A stretch of DNA of 64,000 nt from the NCBI GenBank assembly GCA_043797665.1, contig JAZDPL010000065.1, positions 1 to 64,000 on the forward strand, in the 5' to 3' direction. This document shows, in pieces, positions 8,517-17,344 of this stretch (within the stretch, counting starts at the first letter, position 1; the number at the start of each line of letters is the position of its first letter). Source of the DNA: Candidatus Omnitrophota bacterium. GTDB taxonomy: Bacteria; Ratteibacteria; UBA8468; MWAK01. The notes beneath the pieces are model-generated. The model was not told the DNA's origin. It saw nothing but the letters and a program-made list of their open reading frames with translations, and searched no databases. The position numbers and the translations under genes were made by a program.

Positions 8517-9263
8517 ATGGAAAATAAAATTAGACGGGTGGGTCTGGTTACTTGTGAAATTTTCTTCCGGGAAGTTGCCTACTTTGTCGCCCGGAGTCCG
8601 GAGGTCTTTGACATAACTTTTATTCCCAAAGGCTTGCACGACTTGGGCGGGAAGAAGATGCGCGAGGTAATCCAGGCGGAAATAGACAAGATGAACGAAA
8701 AGGATTACCGCCGAATCGTCTTAGGCTACGCACTCTGCAATAACGGGATTATAGACTTAACGAGTTCCCGGCTACCTCTGGTTATTCCCCGGGCGCACGA
8801 CTGTATCACCCTCTTTTTGGGTTCGCGAAAGATTTACCGGGAATATTTTTTCCAGAACACCGGTACTTACTTCCACTCTCCGGACTGGTTGGAAAGGGGT
8901 GGTTCTGCTACCGAGGAGCAGTATTTCGATTCCCAGTTAGGTCCGACACAGAATAAGGAAGAGTTTATCGCCAACTACGGCGAGGAGAACGGAGAATACC
9001 TCTGGTCGGTTTTAAACCCGGAGAAGAATTATCACAAGATAGCGTATATTACTTTGCCTTTGTCCGGGATGCCGGACTACCGTAATCTGTCCCGGAAGAT
9101 TGCGAAAGATAAAGGATGGGAATGGGAAGAGATTATCGGTGAGACCGGACTCTTGGAACGATTACTGAACGGACCTTATTCGGAGGAGGAATTTTTAGTT
9201 CTGAAGCCTGGTGAGAGAGTGAAGGCAACCAACGATGACCAGATTATCGCATCCCTTCCTTAA
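8517..9263 (+). CDS. DUF1638 domain protein
   Basis: GLH, LGYALCNNG and PRAHDCITLFLGS motifs; start moved to MENKI because the upstream codons lie in a repeat. Confidence 0.85.
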   Translation: MENKIRRVGLVTCEIFFREVAYFVARSPEVFDITFIPKGLHDLGGKKMREVIQAEIDKMNEKDYRRIVLGYALCNNGIIDLTSSRLPLVIPRAHDCITLFLGSRKIYREYFFQNTGTYFHSPDWLERGGSATEEQYFDSQLGPTQNKEEFIANYGEENGEYLWSVLNPEKNYHKIAYITLPLSGMPDYRNLSRKIAKDKGWEWEEIIGETGLLERLLNGPYSEEEFLVLKPGERVKATNDDQIIASLP

Positions 9264-10122
9264 CCTCAGGAATTCCTACGAGGAATTTTACTGCGGTTGG
9301 AATGGCATTCATAATGTCGCCGGCGAGGAGGGATACTTCTCCGATTTCTTTTGCCGCAAGGTCTCCGGCCAATCCGTGGATGTATACTCCGAGTCTGGCT
9401 GCGGAGAAGGGGGGCAGACCCTGAGTCAACAGCCCGGCTACGATTCCGGCCAGTACGTCACCGCTGCCGGCGGTTGCCATCCCGGGGTTACCGGTAAAGT
9501 TAAGGTATATTGAGCCGTCTGGTGCGGTAACCACGGTCTGATAACCTTTCAGAATAGTTACCACTCCGTATTTACGGCTGAATTCTAAGGCGGTCTCCTG
9601 GCGTTTATTCCGGATTTCCGCGGTTTGCATACCGGTTAATCTTGCCATCTCACCCGGATGGGGCGTAACGATTACCGGTGCTTTTACTTTTTTTAATATT
9701 CCGGTCTGCCCTGCAATTGCATTGAGACCGTCGGCATCCAGAACCAGAGGTTTCTCAATCTTTGGCAGTAAAGAATTAATCAGTTCATCCACCGGTTCTT
9801 TCCCGCCCAAGCCCGGTCCGATTAAGAGGCTATCGGCACGGGGGAGAAATTGCATAATGAGCGAGCCGCTATCCGCGGAAATACTTCCTTCCTTTTCCGG
9901 AAGAGGCAGGTACATCACTTCCGTGAACTTGGAAGCCAGGATGGGATAGACGCTGAGAGGAGTGGCCAGGGTTACCAGTCCGGTACCGGTTCGGAGAGCA
10001 GAGTTTGCTGCCAGACCCGCCGCACCGCTTAAGCCGGTAGACCCGGCGACTACCAGAAGATGGCCAAAATCATCTTTGTGGGCTGTTTTTTCCCGATGGC
10101 GTAATATTTCTATTCCTTCCAT
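9244..10122 (-). CDS. nnrD: ADP-dependent NAD(P)H-hydrate dehydratase (stand-alone YjeF C-terminal domain)
   Basis: GPGLG, LDADGLN, TPHPGEMARL and MATAGSGDVLAG motifs. Confidence 0.92.
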   Translation of the reverse strand: MEGIEILRHREKTAHKDDFGHLLVVAGSTGLSGAAGLAANSALRTGTGLVTLATPLSVYPILASKFTEVMYLPLPEKEGSISADSGSLIMQFLPRADSLLIGPGLGGKEPVDELINSLLPKIEKPLVLDADGLNAIAGQTGILKKVKAPVIVTPHPGEMARLTGMQTAEIRNKRQETALEFSRKYGVVTILKGYQTVVTAPDGSIYLNFTGNPGMATAGSGDVLAGIVAGLLTQGLPPFSAARLGVYIHGLAGDLAAKEIGEVSLLAGDIMNAIPTAVKFLVGIPEVKEGMR

Positions 10123-10125
10123 AAA

Positions 10126-10246
10126 TACAAACGCAGTAAGTAAGTTTACATCCTAAAATTGTAGGGGCTTGATTTATCAAGCCCGCCCCGTAAAAGGCGA
10201 TAGCCGCCTATACGGGGCCCGCGGGTCGGATAAATCCGACCCCTAC
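10126..10246. repeat. family B GTAG doublet (10161-10246) with a hairpin inserted in its spacer, preceded by a TACAAACG shell arm
   Basis: gtaggggcttgatttatcaagcccg[ccccgta...tacggggc]ccgcgggtcggataaatccgacccctac. Confidence 0.85.
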
Positions 10247-10498
10247 CTAAGCAGTCAGAATGGACACGAATTTCCGGCCGGCCCGGGTTTCAAAGAGCAC
10301 TTTACCGGTACTCAACGCAAAGATGGTGTGGTCTCTACCCATCCCGGCATTCTGACCGGCTTTGAATCGGCTGCCTCTCTGCCGAATGATAATCTCTCCG
10401 GCCGAGACTACCTGGCCGCCATAACGCTTTACGCCTAACCGTTTCCCGATGCTATCCCGGCCGTTCTTGCAGGCCCCTTGACCCTTCTTGTGTGCCAT
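10247..10498 (-). CDS. rpmA: 50S ribosomal protein L27
   Basis: [19 protein letters not shown]. Confidence 0.98.
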   Translation of the reverse strand: MAHKKGQGACKNGRDSIGKRLGVKRYGGQVVSAGEIIIRQRGSRFKAGQNAGMGRDHTIFALSTGKVLFETRAGRKFVSILTA

Positions 10499-10520
10499 AC
10501 GTTACCTCCCCTGTGTTATT

Positions 10521-10724
10521 TGTCATTCTGAACCCTTTACTTCCTGTCATTCTGAGCCCTTCGTTTGTCATTCTGAGCCCTTCGTTTGTCATTCTGAGCG
10601 AAGCGAAGAATCTCAGGGTAAACTCCGTGAAGAATCCGACGTACTATGTCGTCCTGAACGAATGTGAAGGATCTCCCTTAGATCCTTCGTCCCTGAGTAA
10701 AGCACTCAGGAACTCAGGATGACA
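10521..10724. repeat. large family A cluster with tandem 21-bp units
   Basis: Four tgtcattctga starts (10521, 10545, 10566, 10587), then an inverted doublet ending ...ctcaggatgaca. Confidence 0.9.
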
Positions 10725-11010
10725 CGAATACGTCATATAGATCTATCCATTTAGGATTTGAAGAAACGATAAGATGCTCTTTTTTCTTTCTGAGCCATCC
10801 TTTAATCTGCTTTTCTCGTGATATCGCTGATTTCACTTCGTTTGTTTCTTCATAATAGACCAGTTTTGTTAAATTGTACTTTTTGGTAAAGCCTTCCACC
10901 AGTTTCTTTTTATGTTCCCAAATTCGACGCACCAAATTATTGGTTACCCCGGTATATAGAACCTTGTTAGTTTTGTTGGTTAAAATATAGACATAGTAGT
11001 TGTAAGGCAT
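10714..11010 (-). CDS. Stand-alone GIY-YIG nuclease (98 aa)
   Basis: YYVYIL...LYTGVTNNLVRRIWEHK...FTKKY...AISREKQIKGW; start moved to MPYNYY because the longer ORF runs through the tRNA. Confidence 0.92.
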   Translation of the reverse strand: MPYNYYVYILTNKTNKVLYTGVTNNLVRRIWEHKKKLVEGFTKKYNLTKLVYYEETNEVKSAISREKQIKGWLRKKKEHLIVSSNPKWIDLYDVFVSS

Positions 11011-11031
11011 GGTGCGTTTTTCAAGAAAAAC

Positions 11032-11058
11032 AGATTCTTCGTTGCACTCAGAATGACA
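11032..11058 (-). repeat. family A repeat between tRNA-Val and the GIY-YIG gene
   Basis: reverse complement reads tgtcattctgagtgcaacgaagaatct. Confidence 0.9.
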
Positions 11059-11068
11059 GACATCCAGG

Positions 11069-11141
11069 TGGGCGAGACAGGACTTGAACCTGTGGCCTTT
11101 CGGATGTAAGCCGAATGCTCTGCCAGCTGAGCTACTCGCCC
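11069..11141 (-). tRNA. tRNA-Val(TAC)
   Basis: GGGCGAG/CTCGCCC acceptor stem, AGCTCAGCTGGCAGAGC D arm, TTCGG-CTTACAT-CCGAA anticodon arm, GGTTCAAGTCC T arm; followed by CCT, so CCA is not fully encoded. Confidence 0.96.
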
Positions 11142-11198
11142 TTTTGCCTAATTTATTATTGTACCTCAAACCCGCAAAAATGACAAATAGGGAGGAGT

Positions 11199-11295
11199 GG
11201 ATTCTTCGGCACAAGACGCCTCAGAATGACAACGCTTCGTCATTCTGAGCGATAGCGAAGAATCTCGCTCAGGGTAAAAACTCCGCGAAGAATCT
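11199..11295. repeat. family A cluster
   Basis: ggattcttcggc...cctcagaatgaca, then cgtcattctgagcgatagcgaagaatct-cgctcagggtaaa-ctccgcgaagaatct. Confidence 0.85.
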
Positions 11296-11308
11296 ATTTG
11301 AGATGGTG

Positions 11309-12667
11309 TTACTTCAAAGAGTTGAGGAGGGTGGTGAGGAAGGACTGAATTTCCGAGAGGCGTTTTTCGGTTTTGGCTTCAAAGCGTAAAACCAGGGCGG
11401 GCTGGGTGTTGGAAGCCCGTACCAGTCCCCAGCCGTCTTCAAAATATACCTTGACGCCGTCAATCGTGGAAACATTATACTTGCCGGACAGTTCTGCCTT
11501 CAGGCGTTCTACCACGTTAAACTTCTCTTCGTCCGGAACTTCCACCCGGATTTCCGGCGTGGCGTAATAGGGGGTGAGACCGGCGACTAATTGCGATAGT
11601 TTTTCTTTCTGTCCTGCCAGATATTGCAGGAAACGGCTGGCCGAGTAAATGGCGTCGTCAAAACCGTACCAGTGGTCTCCAAAGTAGAGGTGACCGGAAA
11701 GTTCTCCGGCTGCCGGTGCGCCAATTTCGTGCATTTTGTCCTCAATCAGGGAATGGCCGGTCTTCCACATCACCGGTTTGCCGCCTAACCGGGCAATTTC
11801 CTCTTCCAGAGCCTTACTGCACTTAACGTCAAAGACTATGGAAGCGCCCGGGTTTTCCATTAAAATATCCCGGGAGAGGAGGGCTAAGATTTTGTCGCCC
11901 CAGATGAGATTACCCTCTTCATCACATAAACCGATTCTATCACCGTCACCGTCTATACCTATCCCTAATTCTGCCCCGGTCTCTCTGACCTTTTTAATTA
12001 AGTCAGCCATATTTTCCGGTACCACCGGATCAGGCAGGTGGTGGGGAAAGGTGTTGTCACTTTCGCAGTAGAGCGGAATTACCTCAACGCCAATCTCTGA
12101 GAGAATAGCGGTAGTTAAAGGACCGGCGGTGCCGTTTCCGCAGTCAACGACTGCCTTAACCGGACGAACCAGCCGGATACGGGCTTTGATTTCGGATTGG
12201 TACTCTGTTTCCATTTCTAACTTTTGATAAAGAATTTTTTCCGGAGAGGGAAGGGGTTCCAGACTTTCCATTATTTCCCGCAGGGATTGAATCTGTTGAC
12301 CGAAGATACTCTTGCGTCTGACCACTAATTTAAATCCGTTGTAGGCCGGCGGATTATGGCTGGCGGTTACCATAATACCGGCCGGGAAGGAATATTTGTG
12401 GTTGGCAAGGTAAAAGACCGGCGTAGGTACTTCACCCAGGAAGAATACTTCAACACCACTTGCTTGGAGTCCGGCCATCAATTTTTCGCTCAGAGCCGGA
12501 GAGGTCTTTCGGTTGTCGTGTCCCACCACCACCTTTTTCGCAGCGCCTTCTTTTCCAATGTAATCAGCAAAGGCTTGGCCTAAACCAAAGGCGAACTCCG
12601 GCGTCAGTTCCTTGTCCGCAATTCCCCGCAAATCATACTCCCGGAAGATACTCTTCTCTACCTTCAT
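11309..12667 (-). CDS. Phosphomannomutase/phosphoglucomutase
   Basis: FREYDLRG, TASHNP, DGDGDR, GELSGH and RASNTQP motifs. Confidence 0.95.
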   Translation of the reverse strand: MKVEKSIFREYDLRGIADKELTPEFAFGLGQAFADYIGKEGAAKKVVVGHDNRKTSPALSEKLMAGLQASGVEVFFLGEVPTPVFYLANHKYSFPAGIMVTASHNPPAYNGFKLVVRRKSIFGQQIQSLREIMESLEPLPSPEKILYQKLEMETEYQSEIKARIRLVRPVKAVVDCGNGTAGPLTTAILSEIGVEVIPLYCESDNTFPHHLPDPVVPENMADLIKKVRETGAELGIGIDGDGDRIGLCDEEGNLIWGDKILALLSRDILMENPGASIVFDVKCSKALEEEIARLGGKPVMWKTGHSLIEDKMHEIGAPAAGELSGHLYFGDHWYGFDDAIYSASRFLQYLAGQKEKLSQLVAGLTPYYATPEIRVEVPDEEKFNVVERLKAELSGKYNVSTIDGVKVYFEDGWGLVRASNTQPALVLRFEAKTEKRLSEIQSFLTTLLNSLK

Positions 12668-12698
12668 AAAGTTTAATACAATCGCCTTAAATTAAGTC

Positions 12699-12802
12699 TG
12701 TCATTCCGGCGGATAGTAAGCCGGAATCTATACTCGTAATTACTGGATTTCCGCTAACCCCTGCTTATTGCATGCAGGGGCAGGCGACATGCGGGAATGA
12801 CA
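12699..12802. repeat. TGTCATTCC(C/G)GC doublet (family C) with a nested family D unit (12758-12785)
   Basis: tgtcattccggc...gccggaatcta ... tggatttccgc[cccctgcttattgcatgcaggggcaggc]...gcgggaatgaca. Confidence 0.85.
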
Positions 12803-12822
12803 AAGGAATTAATTCGTTTGTG

Positions 12823-13947
12823 TCAATATGCGGCTTGGTAGATCCGCACCAGGTCCTCTTTGGTTAAGATTTTTGGTGTATTGGATATTGGTACCGCAAT
12901 CTCCTGGGCTTCAGTTGCCAGATTTTCTAATTCTCCTTCCGGAATGCCAAAATCACGCATCCGTTTTTTGAAGCCTAACCGTCTTTCAAAAGAAAGGAGG
13001 AAGTCAGGGACTTCTTTCGCCTTTCCTATCCCTAAAGCCAGCGCTAACCGGGAGAGTTTTTCGGTTGCGGAATCAAGGAGTTCTTTTATTACGTAAGGCA
13101 GAATAATCCCGTTGGCAACTCCGTGGCTTACCTGATAACGGCCACCTAGCGGATAAGAGAGGGAATGACCCGCAATAACACCCGCGTTTGCCAGGGTAAT
13201 TCCGGCGATGAGGCTTCCCATCAGGGTTTTGGTGCGTGCCTCTAAATTTTCACCTTCGGTTACTGCGGTGGGAAGTGCTTCTACCAGAAGGCGGACCGCC
13301 TCCAACGAAAGGGGTTCGGTAAAAGAGGAACTGTTTTTTGAAAGGAATGATTCAATGGCGTGGGCCAAGGCATCAAGACCGGTGGCTGCCGTCACCTCCG
13401 GGGGTAAATCCAGGGTTAGTTCCGGGTCAAGCAAGGCTACTTCCGGAATGAGGTAAGGGCTGTTGATTCCGCCTTTCTTACCCTGTCCAATCAGTACTGC
13501 GGTAGGCGTGAGTTCGCTTCCGGTCCCGGCCGTGGTTGGCACCATAATCTTTGGCAAAGCCGGATTTCGCAGAAGGTTTTGACCCCGGTAGTTCTGAGAA
13601 CTTCCCGGATTGGCGACCAGACCCGCAACCGCTTTTGCGGTATCCATGGCACTCCCACCGCCGATGCCGATTATCAGTGCCGGATTTTCTTTTCGCGCCA
13701 GGTCAGCTGATTTGTCAACCGCTTCTACGGTAGGTTCACCGGCAGGAATTGCGTAAGGGAATGTCCGGTATTCGGAAAAGAGTTTTTCTATTCTGCTTAA
13801 TACCTTTGGCTGGACCGCCGGGTCCATTACCAAAAAAATCTTTTTGTTACTTCGGGTAAAGGACTTTACTTCTTCTGGTAGAAGGTTGAATTTCCCCGGT
13901 CCAAAGATAATTTTAGACGGCAGCCTCAGAACAAAATCGTTCTTCAT
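12823..13947 (-). CDS. Iron-containing alcohol dehydrogenase
   Basis: GGGSAMDTAK, PTTAGTGSE, DALAHAIES and HGVAN motifs. Confidence 0.93.
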   Translation of the reverse strand: MKNDFVLRLPSKIIFGPGKFNLLPEEVKSFTRSNKKIFLVMDPAVQPKVLSRIEKLFSEYRTFPYAIPAGEPTVEAVDKSADLARKENPALIIGIGGGSAMDTAKAVAGLVANPGSSQNYRGQNLLRNPALPKIMVPTTAGTGSELTPTAVLIGQGKKGGINSPYLIPEVALLDPELTLDLPPEVTAATGLDALAHAIESFLSKNSSSFTEPLSLEAVRLLVEALPTAVTEGENLEARTKTLMGSLIAGITLANAGVIAGHSLSYPLGGRYQVSHGVANGIILPYVIKELLDSATEKLSRLALALGIGKAKEVPDFLLSFERRLGFKKRMRDFGIPEGELENLATEAQEIAVPISNTPKILTKEDLVRIYQAAY

Positions 13948-13957
13948 AAATCCAATT

Positions 13958-14028
13958 TGTCATTCTGAGGCGGTAGCCGAAGAATCCCGTATTTAAAAGA
14001 GAGATTCTTCGCTTTGTTCAGAATGACA
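13958..14028. repeat. family A doublet that supplies the stop codon of the DegT-family gene
   Basis: tgtcattctgaggc...gaagaatcc / agattcttcg...tcagaatgaca. Confidence 0.9.
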
Positions 14029-15133
14029 CGTTAACGTAAAACTCCTTAATTTTGGTTATGACATAATCCTGCTCTTCCCCGGTCAGCAGAGGGTCTATCG
14101 GCAGGGAGATGACCTCTTTCGCCGCTCTCTCAGTTTCGGTCAGAGTATTGCTGACCCGGCTGGTCCTGCGGAAGAGTTCCTGCTGGTGTAAGGGGTAGGG
14201 ATAATAGATGGCGGTACCGATACCGTTATCCTGGAGAAACTTTTGCATCTGGTCCCTCTTTTGTGTCCTTATCGTGAACTGGTTGAATGTATGGTAATAA
14301 CCGGAGGGTTCGGCAGGTAAAAGAAGGTCAGGAATGCCAGTTAACTCTTTCTGGTAAATATTAGCAATGCGGCGCCGGTTTTCGTTCCAGGTATCAACAT
14401 ACTTTAACTTGGCTAAAAGAATCGCAGCCTGAAGCGTATCCAGACGGCTGTTATGGCCTAACATAGTGACATTGTACTTATTTTTGCCCCCGTGTTCGCT
14501 TAAGGTTCGAACCGTTTCGGCCAATTGCGGGTCTGAGGTGGTGACCATTCCACCGTCACCGAACCCGCCTAAGTTTTTGGAAGGAAAGAAACTGAACGCG
14601 CTGGATTTGCCGAACCCGCCTACTTTTTTCCCCTGGTAGGCAGAACCAAATGCCTGGGCGCAATCTTCCAGGACCCATAAACCATTTTCTTGTGCAATTT
14701 CCAAAATAGGTGACATGTCGGCGGACAGACCGAAGAGGTGTACCGGCAGAATTCCTTTTGTGTTTCTGGTTAAGGCGGTCTTAATCTTATCCGGATTTAG
14801 ATTAAAGGAGGCCGGGTCAATGTCTATGAAGACCGGGACCGCACCGGTGTGTAAAATAGTCTCTGCGGTGGCGACAAAGGTAAAGGCGGTGGTAATCACT
14901 TCATCACCTGGTTTCAGGTCAAGTGCCTCTAAACTCAGAAGGAGTGCATCGGTTCCGGAAGCGACGCCGATGGCGAATTCTGAGCCGGTATACCTGGCAA
15001 CTTCGTCTTCCAGCGTCTTTACCTGGGGTCCGCGGATAAAACGCTGGCTCTCCAGAATTTCTGCCAGTCCGGCATCTATCTCCGCCTTGGCGGCCAGGTA
15101 ATGTCGTTTCAGGTTAAGAATCAGTACCTGCAT
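14018..15133 (-). CDS. DegT/DnrJ/EryC1/StrS family aminotransferase
   Basis: SGTDAL, EDCAQA, SFFPSKNLGGFGDGG and NSRLD motifs; start moved to MQVLIL. Confidence 0.93.
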   Translation of the reverse strand: MQVLILNLKRHYLAAKAEIDAGLAEILESQRFIRGPQVKTLEDEVARYTGSEFAIGVASGTDALLLSLEALDLKPGDEVITTAFTFVATAETILHTGAVPVFIDIDPASFNLNPDKIKTALTRNTKGILPVHLFGLSADMSPILEIAQENGLWVLEDCAQAFGSAYQGKKVGGFGKSSAFSFFPSKNLGGFGDGGMVTTSDPQLAETVRTLSEHGGKNKYNVTMLGHNSRLDTLQAAILLAKLKYVDTWNENRRRIANIYQKELTGIPDLLLPAEPSGYYHTFNQFTIRTQKRDQMQKFLQDNGIGTAIYYPYPLHQQELFRRTSRVSNTLTETERAAKEVISLPIDPLLTGEEQDYVITKIKEFYVNVSF

Positions 15134-15185
15134 CGGAACTTTATGATAGCACGGAGCCACTATTTCTGGCAACCGGCCCACCATT

Positions 15186-15267
15186 GTAGGGGTTTGATTT
15201 ATCAAACCCGCTTAATTCGGGTCGGATGAATCCGACCCCTACATGAATGATTTAATGCATTTGTATT
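15186..15267. repeat. family B GTAG doublet (15186-15242) plus a TACAAA shell arm
   Basis: gtaggggtttgatttatcaaacccg...cgggtcggatgaatccgacccctac, then atttaatgcatttgtatt. Confidence 0.85.
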
Positions 15268-16138
15268 ACTTAAGCAGGGTTTTGAGATAGGTCGTGTCTT
15301 TTCTTAACACGTCTTTTCTCTCTTCCGGTTTGGCAAATTTGCCCAGGCTTTCATCTTCAATCGTGAGGGGTCCTTCGTACCCGGCGCTTTTTAATATCCG
15401 GACAACCTGTCCGTGGTCAATGTCCCCTTCATAGATCGGACTGACGTATTTTCCATACTCCCACCCAATCTCCCGTTTTTGGTTTCGGGTTTCTTCCGGA
15501 TACCGGATGTTCTTTACGTGGGTGTGTTTGGTGTATTTGGAGACGGACTTAAGCACCTCGTACACTTCGTTCAGCGGAAAGCCGTACCAGTAGAAATTAC
15601 CGGTATCCATATTAACGCCCAGTCGTGTATTGCCTACCTGTCCGATGACCCGTTGTAGAAAGTTCGGGTCGTTTCCCTGTACTCCGTGGTTTTCGATGCC
15701 TAATTGAACCGGGTTTCCTTCCGTGGCGGAGAGGACTTCCTGCATACAGGACACGAAACGGTTAACTCTGGTCTCAAAAGGCTCCTCCCGTTCTCCTTGG
15801 GTGATGGCATCAATACGGATGGCTGGTATCTTCAGGGTTTCTGCGGTTTTGACGACGTCAATTACCCACTTCACTTCTCCAGCCCGGTCTGCACAGTTAA
15901 AGTTGTTGTGCAACAGAAAGGCGCAGATTTTAATGCCGGCAGGTCCATAGGACACGGTTATCGTTTTTGCGAGATTATCCCTGTCCAGCGGCATCTTTTG
16001 CCAGGAACCGGGTGCATAGATGGTATAGTCCCGGAAAAATTCCGCTTCCACACTGTCAAGACCTAAGTCCTTGAGCCCTTCCGCAATACTTGAGTACCCG
16101 GCTTGCTGCAGGATTGCTTCTCTAACAGAAACATACAT
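15266..16138 (-). CDS. Sugar phosphate isomerase/epimerase (xylose-isomerase-like TIM barrel)
   Basis: IENHG, DTGNFYW, HTHVK and TIEDE motifs. Confidence 0.9.
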   Translation of the reverse strand: MYVSVREAILQQAGYSSIAEGLKDLGLDSVEAEFFRDYTIYAPGSWQKMPLDRDNLAKTITVSYGPAGIKICAFLLHNNFNCADRAGEVKWVIDVVKTAETLKIPAIRIDAITQGEREEPFETRVNRFVSCMQEVLSATEGNPVQLGIENHGVQGNDPNFLQRVIGQVGNTRLGVNMDTGNFYWYGFPLNEVYEVLKSVSKYTKHTHVKNIRYPEETRNQKREIGWEYGKYVSPIYEGDIDHGQVVRILKSAGYEGPLTIEDESLGKFAKPEERKDVLRKDTTYLKTLLK

Positions 16139-16157
16139 AACCCCTCCTTTACATTAG

Positions 16158-16221
16158 GGTCACCCTGAGTGAAAGCGAAGGGTCTAAAGAATAGATTCTT
16201 CGGCTTCGCCTCAGAATGACA
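16158..16221. repeat. family A doublet (GTCACCCTGAG variant)
   Basis: gtcaccctgagtgaaagcgaagggtct / agattcttcggcttcgcctcagaatgaca. Confidence 0.85.
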
Positions 16222-16246
16222 TGTGTGCCCAGTGTCATTCTAGTAG

Positions 16247-17230
16247 TTATAAACATACTTTCAGTACCTCTTCCGGCGTGATATTGGTCAGGCAGACGGG
16301 TTTGGAGCAGAACTTGCGGTAACACGGCCGGCAGGCAAGTCCTGCCGTTTCCAGAACCGTAACCCCGGGCGGTGCGTGGCGCCTGCTTTCGGTTGGTCCG
16401 TAAAGCCCCAGAGTTTTTATCCCGCCGGCTGCCGCGATAAAGAGCGGGCCGCTGTCGGTGGAGATAAAGACCCGGCATTTTTTTATTATCGCGGGCAGGA
16501 GAGAAAGTAAAGCCTTCCCTGCTAAGTTAAAGGTTTTTCCGGAGACTTCTTTACTTATCTCCTCCAACTTACGATATTCGCTGCTATCCCCGAAAAATAC
16601 GGGTATTATCCCTTTTTCCGATAGTTTCCGGGCTAAATCTACCCAGTACTGGTCCGGCCACCTTTTACTTTGCCAGCCGGAACTGGCACCCGGATGCAAA
16701 CCAGCCAGTGGTTGTCCCGACCAGCCTGACGATTTAAGTAAATCTTCAGTTTCTGTTTCTTTCTCCGGTGTAATGTAAAGTTCCATCCTTTCTGCCGGAA
16801 AAGCACCGGCCAGTGCCAGAACCTGGTTTATGTTCCACAGAGCGTTTTCTTCCGGGTTGTACAAGAGACTTTTGGTCAGCAGATTTGGAAGAGGTCCTTT
16901 TCTGAAACCGATTCGTTCTGGCGCGCCGGTCAAGTACGCCAGAAGGTTGGCTTTAAAATTATTCTGCAGATTAACCACCGTAGAAAACCTTTTCCGGCGT
17001 AAGGTCACGCCTGTCTGTGAAGCCTGAAGAAAAAAATTCTCTTCGCGCCGGAAGAGAAAAACCTCCGTAAAATAAGGGCAGTCTTTAACCAGAGGAAGAT
17101 AGATTGGTGTAGTTAAGAGTGCGAGTTCGCTTTTCGGGAAAGATTGTCTCAGGCTGGCAAAGGCAGCGCTGGCTAAGACCATATCACCTAAAGCGCCTAA
17201 TTTGATTACCAGAATTTTATTGCCCATCAT
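16247..17230 (-). CDS. Glycosyltransferase family 9 (heptosyltransferase-like)
   Basis: LGALGDMVL, HPGAS...KRWP, DSGP and LYGPT motifs. Confidence 0.9.
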   Translation of the reverse strand: MMGNKILVIKLGALGDMVLASAAFASLRQSFPKSELALLTTPIYLPLVKDCPYFTEVFLFRREENFFLQASQTGVTLRRKRFSTVVNLQNNFKANLLAYLTGAPERIGFRKGPLPNLLTKSLLYNPEENALWNINQVLALAGAFPAERMELYITPEKETETEDLLKSSGWSGQPLAGLHPGASSGWQSKRWPDQYWVDLARKLSEKGIIPVFFGDSSEYRKLEEISKEVSGKTFNLAGKALLSLLPAIIKKCRVFISTDSGPLFIAAAGGIKTLGLYGPTESRRHAPPGVTVLETAGLACRPCYRKFCSKPVCLTNITPEEVLKVCL

Positions 17231-17235
17231 TGAAA

Positions 17236-17344
17236 TACAAACGTATTAAATAAATTTACATCAATAAACTGTAGGGGCTTGATTTATCAAGCCCGCGGGT
17301 CGGATGAATCCGACCCCTACGTCAAAAGATTTAATGCGTTTGTA
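17236..17344. repeat. family B doublet (17271-17320) inside a 16-bp inverted-repeat shell
   Basis: tacaaacgtattaaat ... atttaatgcgtttgta (15/16 complementary). Confidence 0.88.

Noticed and set aside
8394..8639. Small ORFs containing LRMT, CHSE or VILS peptides (also 16149-16478 and 39718-40050)
   Set aside because: These are repeat-derived translations overlapping real genes.
10521..10613. Possible CRISPR array or VILSPSF repeat protein (ORF 10492-10722)
   Set aside because: The units are contiguous with no unique spacers and there are no cas genes; the ORF is a translation of the palindromic repeat.
11069..11141. Prophage or integrative element at tRNA-Val
   Set aside because: No integrase and no duplicated tRNA 3' end were seen in the window.
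11011..11214. N-terminal extension of the GIY-YIG ORF
   Set aside because: It runs through tRNA-Val and a repeat; the domain starts at MPYNYY.
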